Below are positions 9,471 to 18,757 of a stretch of 47,788 nucleotides of DNA, piece after piece. The stretch is from NCBI GenBank assembly GCA_947589405.1, contig CANQBT010000001.1, forward strand, positions 1 through 47,788, in the 5' to 3' direction. Numbering within the stretch: the stretch's first letter is position 1; each line of letters starts with the position of its first letter. The translations under genes and the position numbers were made by a program. The notes beneath the pieces were generated by a model, which was not told the origin of the DNA, did no database searches, and was given only the letters and a program-made list of their open reading frames with translations. This stretch comes from an uncultured Clostridia bacterium. GTDB taxonomy: Bacteria; Bacillota; Clostridia; Lachnospirales; CAG-274.

Positions 9471-10146
9471 CGTTGTATCCACCACCTTCAACATCTCTTA
9501 ATATAACGCCCTTGTTAATAGCCACAACACGCTTTTGCATTCTGTCGACAATGTCTTTGGCATGTGTGGATATAACGACTGTCGTTCCGTTTCTGTTTAT
9601 CTCCTGAATAAGCTCCATTATCTCCCATGCGGTATCGGGATCCAGATTGCCCGTAGGCTCGTCTGCCAACAGTATAGGCGGTCTGTTTATTATAGCTCTG
9701 GCAAGAGCGACTCTCTGCTGTTCACCGCCTGAAAGCTGATTGGGATAAGCCTTTACCTTTTTGCTCAGACCTACCATAGCCAATATCTGAGGTACATTTC
9801 TCCTTATTATTCTGGGGCTCGTTTCGACTACCTGCATTGCAAAGGCAACATTTTCATAAACGGTCTTGGAGGGAAGGAGTCTGTAATCCTGGAATACAAC
9901 TCCTATTTTTCTCCTCAGATAAGGTATCTGACGTCTTTTAAGAGTGGTTATGTTTTTACCGTCTACTATTATTTTACCGCTGGTCGCCTCAGTTTCCTTA
10001 AGCAAAAGCCTTATAAATGTAGATTTGCCTGAGCCTGAGGAGCCTACTACAAAAACAAACTCTCCCTTTCCTATATGCAGATTCATATCCCGCAGTCCCA
10101 CAGCGCCGTTTTCGTATATTTTTGTGACATTCTCCATATCTATCAT
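9439..10146 (-). CDS. ftsE: Cell-division ATP-binding protein FtsE
   Basis: Walker A GSSGSGKST, ABC signature LSGGEQQR, Walker B ILLADEPTGNLD. AAAGGAAG RBS. Directly upstream of ftsX. Confidence 0.9.
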   Translation of the reverse strand: MIDMENVTKIYENGAVGLRDMNLHIGKGEFVFVVGSSGSGKSTFIRLLLKETEATSGKIIVDGKNITTLKRRQIPYLRRKIGVVFQDYRLLPSKTVYENVAFAMQVVETSPRIIRRNVPQILAMVGLSKKVKAYPNQLSGGEQQRVALARAIINRPPILLADEPTGNLDPDTAWEIMELIQEINRNGTTVVISTHAKDIVDRMQKRVVAINKGVILRDVEGGGYNDETSDLEILY

Positions 10147-10210
10147 GTCATATACTTCCTTTCATCGCAGAAACAGAGCCGACAAATGCAGACGCTGTTC
10201 CCATTTGTTG

Positions 10211-11302
10211 TCAATATATAAAGTTTTCTCTGTAACTAAGATATTTGCTGACCATAAGCATTATCTTGAATATTATGGCATCGTCAAAGTTTCTCAGATC
10301 CAGTCCCGTCATCTTCTGAAGCTTGTCCAGTCTGTACACAAGAGTGTTCCTGTGTATATAGAGCTGACGTGAGGTCTCTGACACATTCAGATTGTTCTCA
10401 AAAAACTTATTTACGGTAATGAGCGTTTCGTCATCGAACTGTTCCATTGAAACGCCGTGAAGCACTTCGTTTACAAACATTTTACAAAGAGAACCGTCAA
10501 GCTGATATATAAGTCTGCCTATACCCAGCTGTTCATAATTCACAACGTTCTTGCTCTCTTCAAATATCTTGCCTACCTCAAGAGCAAGCTTTGCTTCCTT
10601 ATAGGAAAGAGATACGTTCTTAAGGTCGTTTACGGCTGTGCCTATTGATACGTATACGCTTGTCATAGCCTCAGCGGTAAGTGTATCGTATATCGTCTTG
10701 GCAATAGCCTCTATTTCCTCCTTGCCGTCCTTTTCCTTAAGCTCTTTTACAAGTATTATGCTCTTTTCATTTACCGCTGTTACAAAATCCTTCTGCTTTG
10801 TGGGGAATATGCTCCTTACTATCTCCACTACATTAAGATCCTTGTCTATTTCCATTTCTATAAGGTATACTATACGCCTTACGGAATTTTCAATATGAAG
10901 CTTCTTGGCCCTTGAATATATATCCACAAGAAGAAGATTATCCAGCAAAAGATTTTTTATGAAATTATCTCTGTCATATCTTTCCTTATAGGCAACGAGA
11001 AGGTTCTGTATCTGGAAAGCAGTCATTTTGCCTATTCTGTATGTTTCCTCGTCATCGCCCTTTATCATTACTATATACTCGGCTGAGCCGTTGTCAAAGA
11101 CCTTGAAGTACTGATAGCCCTGTACAAGCTGATTTTCAGCAGGACTTGCAATAAATATTTCGGCATTTTCAATTGAGGTATTGACCATAACATCTTCCGT
11201 AGTAGCCACTATCTTGCCTTCACGTTCCGCTACGGACAGTTCACGTCTTGTAATGTTCTTTAGTCCGTCGATAGTGCTTTGTAAAATCTGATTTGAAATC
11301 AT
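10211..11302 (-). CDS. PucR/CdaR-family transcriptional regulator
   Basis: C-terminal PucR-type HTH (VSETSRQLYIHRNTLVYRLDKLQKMTGLDL). The N-terminal region resembles a sugar-diacid-recognition-like domain. AGGAGG RBS. Confidence 0.75.
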   Translation of the reverse strand: MISNQILQSTIDGLKNITRRELSVAEREGKIVATTEDVMVNTSIENAEIFIASPAENQLVQGYQYFKVFDNGSAEYIVMIKGDDEETYRIGKMTAFQIQNLLVAYKERYDRDNFIKNLLLDNLLLVDIYSRAKKLHIENSVRRIVYLIEMEIDKDLNVVEIVRSIFPTKQKDFVTAVNEKSIILVKELKEKDGKEEIEAIAKTIYDTLTAEAMTSVYVSIGTAVNDLKNVSLSYKEAKLALEVGKIFEESKNVVNYEQLGIGRLIYQLDGSLCKMFVNEVLHGVSMEQFDDETLITVNKFFENNLNVSETSRQLYIHRNTLVYRLDKLQKMTGLDLRNFDDAIIFKIMLMVSKYLSYRENFIY

Positions 11303-11575
11303 TCCCCATATCCTCCTTTTTTAATAACGACTGTATATTATTTTTTTCATATAGATACATATACCTAATGATATTTTATAACAAAAGTACAAAAAAGAAA
11401 AGAGAAATTTATAAAAAAACAACAAAAAACTGTTAAATTTAATATTAATTTAATATTTTGTAAAGAAATTTTAATGTTATATGGGATACATTTGAGTAAA
11501 AATGTGGTATTATGTATATAGGAAAATATTGCAGTACTTAAAATCAGAAAATATATACAATAAAGGAGGATAATT

Positions 11576-12493
11576 ATGGCCGGCAGCACAAAATCAAAGG
11601 TAGAGGTCGTAATAGGCGGTAAAATATACAAACTTGCAGGAGATGAAAACCCTGATTATATTCAGAATGTAGCCAGGTATCTGGACAATAAGCTCAATGA
11701 TCTTAAGAGAGCCGCTGCTCCAAGCATAATATATGACGAAAGCTTTCCTATTATATTGGCGCTTAATATAGCAGACGATCTTTTTAAAGAAAGAGAAAAC
11801 AAGGAGGTCGTTGTCACAGAGACAGGGGAGGATCTGAGCAGCAGACTGAGAGAGCTTACCGAAATAAAGAACCAGCTTGCCATAAGGACTAACGACTACA
11901 AGCTTCTTCTGGATCAGTTTGAGAGCAAAAGCAGCGAGGTAGACGGACTCAAGGCAGAGATAATAAGCAAGGACGACAAAATGGAAGCCCTTAACAAAAA
12001 GCTTGAGGACGCAAAGACGGCTCTTGAGGAAGCCAATAAAAAGATAGATGAAAAATCCGTATATATAACCAATCTGAACGCTAAAATATCAGACAAGAAT
12101 CAGGAGCTGAACAGCCTTAGCAAAAAGCTTGCCGAGAAAAATTCGGCTCTTAACGATCTTAACAAGAAATCAGCTGACAGGAATATAAAGCTCAATACGG
12201 TAAATAAGGAAAGAGATGACCTTGCCATAAAGCTTAAATCCGCCAACAGCAGCATAAAGACTCTTGAAGGAAATGCCGTAAAGGCAGCTGAAGCAATTAC
12301 TCAGCTTACAGCCCAAAGAGATGATTACAAAGCAAAATACGAGCTTCTGAACGAACAGTTTGAGGTATATAAGAAGAGCCTTGAGGTAAGCAATGAAACT
12401 CAGCTTAAGGCAGCCTTTGCCAAAATAAAGGCGGAAAACCTAGAGCTTATGAGAAAAGCGGAAGCATTGGAAGCTCAGCTCAGCAAGAAATAA
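11576..12493 (+). CDS. zapA: ZapA-domain cell-division protein with a long coiled-coil extension
   Basis: N-terminal ~90 aa match the ZapA pattern (VEVVIGGKIYKLAGDENPDYIQNVARYLDNKL). The remaining ~210 aa are K/E/L/N-rich heptads. AAGGAGG RBS. Confidence 0.8.
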   Translation: MAGSTKSKVEVVIGGKIYKLAGDENPDYIQNVARYLDNKLNDLKRAAAPSIIYDESFPIILALNIADDLFKERENKEVVVTETGEDLSSRLRELTEIKNQLAIRTNDYKLLLDQFESKSSEVDGLKAEIISKDDKMEALNKKLEDAKTALEEANKKIDEKSVYITNLNAKISDKNQELNSLSKKLAEKNSALNDLNKKSADRNIKLNTVNKERDDLAIKLKSANSSIKTLEGNAVKAAEAITQLTAQRDDYKAKYELLNEQFEVYKKSLEVSNETQLKAAFAKIKAENLELMRKAEALEAQLSKK

Positions 12494-12553
12494 CATCAGC
12501 CGATTTAAAGACGCATACCTCCTAAACAGGCAGTATGCGGAACAGGTGATACT

Positions 12554-14875
12554 ATGAAAAGACCCGAGATCCTGGCACCAACAAGCACAATGGAAAGCGT
12601 CATCGCAGCCATTAACGGCGGCTGCGATGCCATATATATAGGCGGCACCGGCTTTAATGCACGCCGCTATGCGGAAAACCCCTCTGACAGCGAGCTTAAG
12701 GATATTATCAATATCTGCCGTTTAAGAGGGGTTAAGGTGTTTATAACCCTTAATATACTTTATAAAGAAAAGGAGCTTCCCGCTGTGCTGGATATTGTAA
12801 GCAAGGTGTATTCTTGGGGCGCCTACGGACTTATTGTACAGGACATAGGAACGGCGGATATTATAAGAAAGCACTTTCCGCACATCAGACTGAGCGCTTC
12901 TACACAGATGACTGTATATAATAAGGAAGGGATCGCTGTTTTAAGAGAGCTTGGCTTTGACAGAGCGGTGCTGGCAAGAGAGCTTAGCCTTGATGAAATA
13001 AAGGAAATATGCAATAATAAGAAGGATATTGAAATAGAGATATTCGTACACGGTGCTCTTTGCGTATGCTGGAGCGGAAGATGCCTTATGTCAAGCATGA
13101 TAGGAGGCAGAAGCGGAAACAGAGGAAGCTGCGCACAGCCCTGCCGTATGGAGTACAGTCTTTACAAAAACAAAAAGAGCATCAAAAAAGGCTTTCTGCT
13201 TTCTCCAAAGGATATTTCAGCCATACCGATATTAGACGAAATACTGCTCTCGGGAGCGGACAGCCTTAAAATAGAAGGCAGAATGAAAAATCCCGAATAT
13301 GTATACAGGACCGTTTCGGCATACAGAAAATATGTGGATATGGCATGGGAAGGCAAGGGCTATGAGGCAGACAGCAGAGATATAGAAGAGCTTAACCAGG
13401 TATTCAGCAGAGGAGGCGCCTCCTCTCGGGGATATTACAAAAGCTTTTCCTCAGAAGAAATGATGAGCACCCTTTCGCCTAAAAACAGCGGTACAAAAAT
13501 AGGACATGTGGTATCCTATAATAAGAAAAACAACACCTGTACAATAGAGCTTGACAAAGGCGTAGTACCCGGCGACGGCATAGAGATATGGTCTAAGCCT
13601 CATTGGGGCACAGGCATAAACAAAAGAGCGGGTAAAGGCGAAAGGATAACGGTGACTGCCGAAAAAAGCAGTATCTCGCCAAACGACCCTGTGTATAAGA
13701 CCTACGACAAGGAGCTTACAGACAGACTCAGGCTTAACTGCCAAAAGCTTACCGCTCAAAGAAGTATAGACGTATATGTACAAGCACAGCCCGAAAAGCC
13801 TCTTATACTAAGGGCAGAGGGCATAACTGTCACAGGTCCCGAAGGTCAGATACCCCAGAACAGTCCCATGACTGAGGAAATGATAATAGGACGCATTAAG
13901 AAAACAGGAGATACTCCCTTTAAATTTAATGTAAAGGCGGATACGGGAAACGTATATTTTCCGGTATCGGCTCTTAACAATGCCAGAAGAGAGCTTTGCA
14001 GAAGGCTTGAGGAAAAAATAAGCTCGGAAGGACTCAGAGAAAGTATATGTGTCAGCTGTCCGCCGCCTTCTCCCATAAAGGCAGACAAAACAGTCATAAC
14101 GGCTCTCGTAAGGACAAATGAGCAGTTCAACGCCTGTGTCGATGCAGGAGTCAAAAGGATATACAGCGAAATTTTCAATGAACATTTCATTGAACGATGC
14201 CATGAAAAGGATATAGAATTATATTATGCCCTGCCCTTTATAGCAAGGGAAAAGACATATCAACAGTATATTGACAGCCTTGAAAACACAGACTGCGACG
14301 GTTATCTTATAAGAAGTCTTGTAAAAATAAACACAGGCAAAAAGATCATTGCCGACCATACCCTTAATATATTCAACTCACAGTCAATGAAAACGATAAG
14401 AAGGGTATTGGATACGCCCTTTATAACTCTTTCAACAGAGCTGAATTCATATGAGCTGTATGAAATAGCAGACTGCAACAGCGAAATGATCGTATATGGC
14501 AGACTGCCTCTTATGACCACTCACCAATGCCCCATAGGGCTTTACGAGGGTCACAAGGGCAGCGGAAGATACTGCTCATTAAGACACAAAAAAGCCGATT
14601 ATTATATTAAAGACAGGAAAAACGCAGAGTTCCCCATAATAAGGGACTGTAACGAATGTCTTGCCTTTATACTCAATTCCGCACCTGTCTATTCTATAAA
14701 CAAAAAGGAGATCCTCCATATCGGAGTAGGCTATATGCGTATGGAATTTACGACAGAGGACTATGACACAACATACGATATTGCAAAAGAGCATATAAAA
14801 ATCGCAAAGGGAGAGCCGCCTTCCCTTTCGCCTAAAAATACCACAGGCGGACATTTCAGCAGAGGAGTGATGTAG
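12554..14875 (+). CDS. U32-family protein (collagenase-like peptidase U32 / Fe-S enzyme family) with a long C-terminal extension
   Basis: N-terminus RPEILAP...AGCDAIYIGG. Conserved Cys cluster CVCWSGRCLMSSMIGGRSGNRGSCAQPCR. LKIEGRMK motif. Confidence 0.85.
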   Translation: MKRPEILAPTSTMESVIAAINGGCDAIYIGGTGFNARRYAENPSDSELKDIINICRLRGVKVFITLNILYKEKELPAVLDIVSKVYSWGAYGLIVQDIGTADIIRKHFPHIRLSASTQMTVYNKEGIAVLRELGFDRAVLARELSLDEIKEICNNKKDIEIEIFVHGALCVCWSGRCLMSSMIGGRSGNRGSCAQPCRMEYSLYKNKKSIKKGFLLSPKDISAIPILDEILLSGADSLKIEGRMKNPEYVYRTVSAYRKYVDMAWEGKGYEADSRDIEELNQVFSRGGASSRGYYKSFSSEEMMSTLSPKNSGTKIGHVVSYNKKNNTCTIELDKGVVPGDGIEIWSKPHWGTGINKRAGKGERITVTAEKSSISPNDPVYKTYDKELTDRLRLNCQKLTAQRSIDVYVQAQPEKPLILRAEGITVTGPEGQIPQNSPMTEEMIIGRIKKTGDTPFKFNVKADTGNVYFPVSALNNARRELCRRLEEKISSEGLRESICVSCPPPSPIKADKTVITALVRTNEQFNACVDAGVKRIYSEIFNEHFIERCHEKDIELYYALPFIAREKTYQQYIDSLENTDCDGYLIRSLVKINTGKKIIADHTLNIFNSQSMKTIRRVLDTPFITLSTELNSYELYEIADCNSEMIVYGRLPLMTTHQCPIGLYEGHKGSGRYCSLRHKKADYYIKDRKNAEFPIIRDCNECLAFILNSAPVYSINKKEILHIGVGYMRMEFTTEDYDTTYDIAKEHIKIAKGEPPSLSPKNTTGGHFSRGVM

Positions 14876-14877
14876 CT

Positions 14878-16479
14878 GTGACAGATGTTTATATTATAAT
14901 TGCAAAGTACCTTTTTATGATATATATAGCTGTATTTGTATTCAACGGCTTTATGATAAATCTTGCAAAGCAGGATATGGCAAAATACAATATAATAGCC
15001 GGACTCTCAGCTCAGAGGGTATGTATTGCCCTTTTCCACATTACCGCCTCCGTAATACTTATTGCAAATTCATTGGAGTACGACATACAGCCTGTTGTAA
15101 TATACTGTGTGATAGGCTTTGTGATAACTGTGGGCGGAAACGCCCTTACAAGAGCCATATATCCCGAAGGCAGTCATATGCTCTATAACTGTGTGTTTTT
15201 CCTTATGGACTTAGGACTTGTAATGCTTTACAGACTTAACACAGACCTGGCTGAAAAACAGCTTATATGGAACAGCATAGGTATTATAGCTATGCTTGTG
15301 CTGCCTAAGATACTGGAGGTCACTCCTCGTCTTGACCGCTTTAAAAGACTTTATATAATACTTGCATTCATACTTCTGGCGGCAACGCTTATATTCGGCA
15401 AGGACGAAGGAGGAGCTACAAACTGGATAAGCATAGGTCCCATAGGCTTTCAGCCTTCAGAGCTTATAAAGGTGCTTTTCGTATTCTATCTGGCGGCTGC
15501 CCTTGACAAAAAGCCAAGCTTTAAAGAGCTTATAGTACCTGCTATCGTCAGCGGAGCCATAGTACTCTGTCTTGTAGCCCAGACCGATCTCGGTTCGGCG
15601 CTTATATTCTATATGACATTCCTTATAATGGTATTTGTTGCTACCTGCAACTATTTCTACTTTATTTTGGGCATAGGCGCCATATCTCTTGCATCGGTAA
15701 TAGCCTACAACCTCTTCTCTCATATACAGATAAGAGTAGAGGCATGGCAGAATCCCTGGCTTGATGTAAACGACAAGGGCTATCAGATAGCCCAGTCCCT
15801 TTTTGCCATATGCACATGGGGCATAACAGGAATAGGCTTTACAAGAGGATATGCCGACAGTATACCTGTAGTGGAGAGAGATTTTATATTTGCGGCAATA
15901 TGCGAAGAATTCGGCGTAATATTTGCAGCAGGTCTTATAATGGTATTTATATTGATATTCCTGGAGGGCGCAAGAGGAGCTCTTGAAAACAGAAACAGCT
16001 TCCTTACTCTTCTCTGCACAGGCTTTACGGCGCTTTTCGCATTCCAGGCGTTCCTTATAATAGGCGGCGTAATAAAGATGATACCCCTTACAGGCGTTAC
16101 TCTGCCCTTTGTAAGCTATGGCGGTACATCAATAGTTATAAGCTATGTTATAATAGCGGCAATGCAATGGATAATAATGCGCAATGAGGCATATGCTCAC
16201 GACAAGCCCATTGAAGAAGTAGATACAAGAGTACGTCACGCTCAGACAAGGCGAGCACTTGAAAGACCGTCACGCAGAACGGCTGCGGACTCCGATGCAA
16301 TAAAGGAGAGAACTCCTGTCAGAAAGCAGCCTGTTCAAACGCAAAAGCAGTCCGAGAGCAGCCGCAGGCAGACAAGCCGCAATACCCAAAAGACCGCAGT
16401 AAGCAGAAACACGACCCAAAGACCTGCAAGGCATAAGACTGCGCAAAGCTCTGCAAAGGAAAGGGGGAGCAGAAAATGA
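14878..16479 (+). CDS. SEDS-family protein (FtsW/RodA/SpoVE) with a basic C-terminal tail
   Basis: Multi-TM protein with SEDS motifs (GATNWISIGPIGFQPSELIK, TDLGSALIF, LPFVSYGGTS). GTG start 3 nt after the U32 stop. Its stop overlaps the PBP start as ATGA. Confidence 0.85.
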   Translation: MTDVYIIIAKYLFMIYIAVFVFNGFMINLAKQDMAKYNIIAGLSAQRVCIALFHITASVILIANSLEYDIQPVVIYCVIGFVITVGGNALTRAIYPEGSHMLYNCVFFLMDLGLVMLYRLNTDLAEKQLIWNSIGIIAMLVLPKILEVTPRLDRFKRLYIILAFILLAATLIFGKDEGGATNWISIGPIGFQPSELIKVLFVFYLAAALDKKPSFKELIVPAIVSGAIVLCLVAQTDLGSALIFYMTFLIMVFVATCNYFYFILGIGAISLASVIAYNLFSHIQIRVEAWQNPWLDVNDKGYQIAQSLFAICTWGITGIGFTRGYADSIPVVERDFIFAAICEEFGVIFAAGLIMVFILIFLEGARGALENRNSFLTLLCTGFTALFAFQAFLIIGGVIKMIPLTGVTLPFVSYGGTSIVISYVIIAAMQWIIMRNEAYAHDKPIEEVDTRVRHAQTRRALERPSRRTAADSDAIKERTPVRKQPVQTQKQSESSRRQTSRNTQKTAVSRNTTQRPARHKTAQSSAKERGSRK

Positions 16480-17924
16480 AAAGCGCCATTAAAAAAATAT
16501 TCTGGCTTTACCTTATAATATTTCTTCTGCTCATAGGCTATCTTCTCAAGCTATGTCTTTACGATTCCCATTCCTTTGTGGCAAATCCCTATAACAAAAG
16601 GCTTTCCCAAAGCGAGGAGGGAATAAAAAGAGGATCTATATACGACGCCAACGGCGATGTCATTGCAGAGGACGTGCTTCAAGAGGACGGAACATACAAA
16701 AGAGTATATACAAATGCCGAAAGCTATGCTCATACCGTAGGCTATACCGTAAAGGGCAAGGCAGGCGTTGAATCCAAATACAACTTTATGCTTACATCTG
16801 TAAGCTTTGAGCTGGCTCAGAGGATAGCAAGCCTGTGGGGTACCGAAATAGAAGGCAATTCCCTTGTGCTTACCCTTGACGACAGACTTCAGCAAATAGC
16901 GGCAAAGGAGCTGGCGGGACAGAAGGGCGCCATAGTGGCTATGGAGCCTTCTACAGGCAAGATACTTTGTATGGTATCGACTCCCTCCTTCGACAGTAAT
17001 TCCGTAGATGAAAACTGGGAAGAGCTGAATTCCGATGAGGACAATTCACCTCTTCTGAACAGAGCAACACAGGGACTTTATCCTCCCGGCTCAACATTCA
17101 AGATAGTAACTGCCGCCTCCGCAATAGCAAACGGACAAACGGATATGCAATATAAATGTACGGGTGCCGAAAAATTTGCTCACAGCGTGATACATTGCTA
17201 CAATGAGCAGGCTCATGGAAATATGGATCTGACATCTGCCTTTGCCGAAAGCTGCAATACCTATTTCGGCACTTTGGGAGTGCAGCTTGGAGCGGAAAAG
17301 CTTATAGAAACGGCTGACAGCTTTAATTTCAACAAGGACATAAATCTTGCCCTTGAGTACAGCAAATCCACATTTCCCATGACGGCAGACGCCGATGTGA
17401 ACGAAATTGTGGAAACGGCATTCGGTCAGGGCAGAACACTTGTATCTCCGCTTTTTATGGCAATGATAACATCGGCTGTAGCCAACAACGGTATGATGAT
17501 GCAGCCCTATGTTGTAGACCATGCCCTTACTCCCGGCGGAGGTGTGCGCAACAGGACACTTCCCGCAAAGCTCAGTCAGATAATGAGTCCTTCAACGGCA
17601 TATGCCCTTAAGGATCTTATGTGCCAGGTGGTAAACAGCGGGACCGCAAGAAACGCCGCCTTTAGCACAAGCTATGAAACTACGGAAACTCTTGCCTCAG
17701 GCTCTTCCGTCATATCTACCGAAAGCGATGATGTCCAGGTAGCAGGAAAAACAGGCACCGCAGAAAATCCTCACGGCGACGACCACGCATGGTTTGTGGC
17801 ATTTGCGCCTGCCGATGATCCCGAAATAGCCGTAGCCGTGCTTTTGGAAAACGCCGGCAAGGGAAGCAACGCCATACCTGCCGCAAGGAAAATAATGCAG
17901 GAATATATACAGAATATAAATTGA
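16476..17924 (+). CDS. Class B penicillin-binding protein (PBP2/PbpA-like transpeptidase)
   Basis: N-terminal TM anchor. Transpeptidase motifs STFK (PGSTFKIV), SCN (AESCNTYF) and KTGT (AGKTGTAE). GGGGGAG RBS. Confidence 0.87.
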   Translation: MKSAIKKIFWLYLIIFLLLIGYLLKLCLYDSHSFVANPYNKRLSQSEEGIKRGSIYDANGDVIAEDVLQEDGTYKRVYTNAESYAHTVGYTVKGKAGVESKYNFMLTSVSFELAQRIASLWGTEIEGNSLVLTLDDRLQQIAAKELAGQKGAIVAMEPSTGKILCMVSTPSFDSNSVDENWEELNSDEDNSPLLNRATQGLYPPGSTFKIVTAASAIANGQTDMQYKCTGAEKFAHSVIHCYNEQAHGNMDLTSAFAESCNTYFGTLGVQLGAEKLIETADSFNFNKDINLALEYSKSTFPMTADADVNEIVETAFGQGRTLVSPLFMAMITSAVANNGMMMQPYVVDHALTPGGGVRNRTLPAKLSQIMSPSTAYALKDLMCQVVNSGTARNAAFSTSYETTETLASGSSVISTESDDVQVAGKTGTAENPHGDDHAWFVAFAPADDPEIAVAVLLENAGKGSNAIPAARKIMQEYIQNIN

Positions 17925-17948
17925 TACAGACCTTTATAATTCAATAAT

Positions 17949-17995
17949 AAAAAAAAAGGCTGCCGCAAATGTTTAATAAACATCTGCGTGCAGCC
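17949..17995. terminator. Bidirectional terminator between convergent genes
   Basis: Long imperfect hairpin at 17958-17995 (GGCTGCCGCAAATGTTTAA/T/AAACATCTGCGTGCAGCC). An A9 run precedes it, which reads as a U-run for the minus-strand gene; CTTTATATT follows it. Confidence 0.7.
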
Positions 17996-18016
17996 CTTTA
18001 TATTATGCTGTGCAAA

Positions 18017-18664
18017 TTATTCTGCTTCTGTAGTTGTTTCTGTAGCTTCTTCGTCAGCTTCTGTTGTTTCCTCAGCTGCTTCTGTAGCTTCTTCATCAGC
18101 TTCGGTCACATTCTCTGTAGCTTCCTCAGTAACGGCTTCAGTCGTTGCCTCAGCAGTAGTTTCCTCTGTCTTTGCGGCGTTTACGGTAACAGTTCTTGTT
18201 GCTGCGTCCCACTCTACCTCAAAGCCAAAGTATTCTGAAAGGAATCTGACGGGAACCATAGTTCTGCTGTTTATGATAGTTGCAGGAGTGTCAATGTCTA
18301 CAGTATATTCTGTATCTCCGTCGTTATAAACAAGCTTAGGCTCGCCTATAGTCATGGAAGCTGTAAGACCGTCCTTTTCCATAACAACTGTCTTTGTATC
18401 TGCCTTCCAGTCAACGTCACAGCCAAGAGCCTCTGCAATTACTCTGAAAGGTACCATAGTTCTGTCGTTTACTATAACGGCAGGCTGGTCGCTCTCTACA
18501 GCGGCGCCTGATACTATAACTGTAACGGCTGAACCTGATGCTACGGGAGCTGCTGCAACAAGAGCAGGAGCATCTGCTTCTCCGTCACCTGCTGCATGAA
18601 CAGGTACCATTATTGCTGCCATTGTCATTGCCATAGCAAGTAACATACATAATTTCTTTTTCAT
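18017..18664 (-). CDS. Secreted protein with two copper-amine-oxidase-N-like stalk domains and an acidic T/E/A repeat tail
   Basis: Start moved to ATG 18664 (MKKKLCMLLAMAMT signal peptide, GGAGGAAAC RBS). There are two stalk-type motifs, VNDRTMVPFRVIAEALGCDVDW and INSRTMVPVRFLSEYFGFEVEW. The C-terminal ~50 aa are TEEAT-type repeats. Confidence 0.75.
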   Translation of the reverse strand: MKKKLCMLLAMAMTMAAIMVPVHAAGDGEADAPALVAAAPVASGSAVTVIVSGAAVESDQPAVIVNDRTMVPFRVIAEALGCDVDWKADTKTVVMEKDGLTASMTIGEPKLVYNDGDTEYTVDIDTPATIINSRTMVPVRFLSEYFGFEVEWDAATRTVTVNAAKTEETTAEATTEAVTEEATENVTEADEEATEAAEETTEADEEATETTTEAE

Positions 18665-18711
18665 TTTTGTTTCCTCCAATTTATAAAATTTATGACCTGC
18701 CATAAAGGCAG

Positions 18712-18745
18712 GCAAACACAAAGGATGGGCATAATACCCATCCTT
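18712..18745 (-). terminator. Terminator-like hairpin after yqeY
   Basis: AAGGATGGG (18721-18729) pairs with CCCATCCTT (18737-18745), 12 nt after the yqeY stop. On the minus strand it is followed by TGTGTTTG. Confidence 0.5.
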
Positions 18746-18757
18746 AGGTACACGATC

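Noticed and set aside
9471-9494. N-terminal extensions offered by the ORF track: ftsX 9494, livJ 28749, cinA 31283, the stalk protein 18721, HIT 34224, livH 27383 and cls 34289.
   Set aside because: Internal ATGs with properly spaced SD sequences give family-typical N-termini or signal peptides. Several of the track starts are in fact TTG or GTG codons without an RBS.
11365-11631. 88-aa minus-strand ORF in the AT-rich divergent region between the PucR-like regulator and zapA.
   Set aside because: It is an AT-rich intergenic sequence with no RBS. The ORF overlaps the zapA start and its RBS, and the predicted peptide is low-complexity Ile/Phe/Leu.
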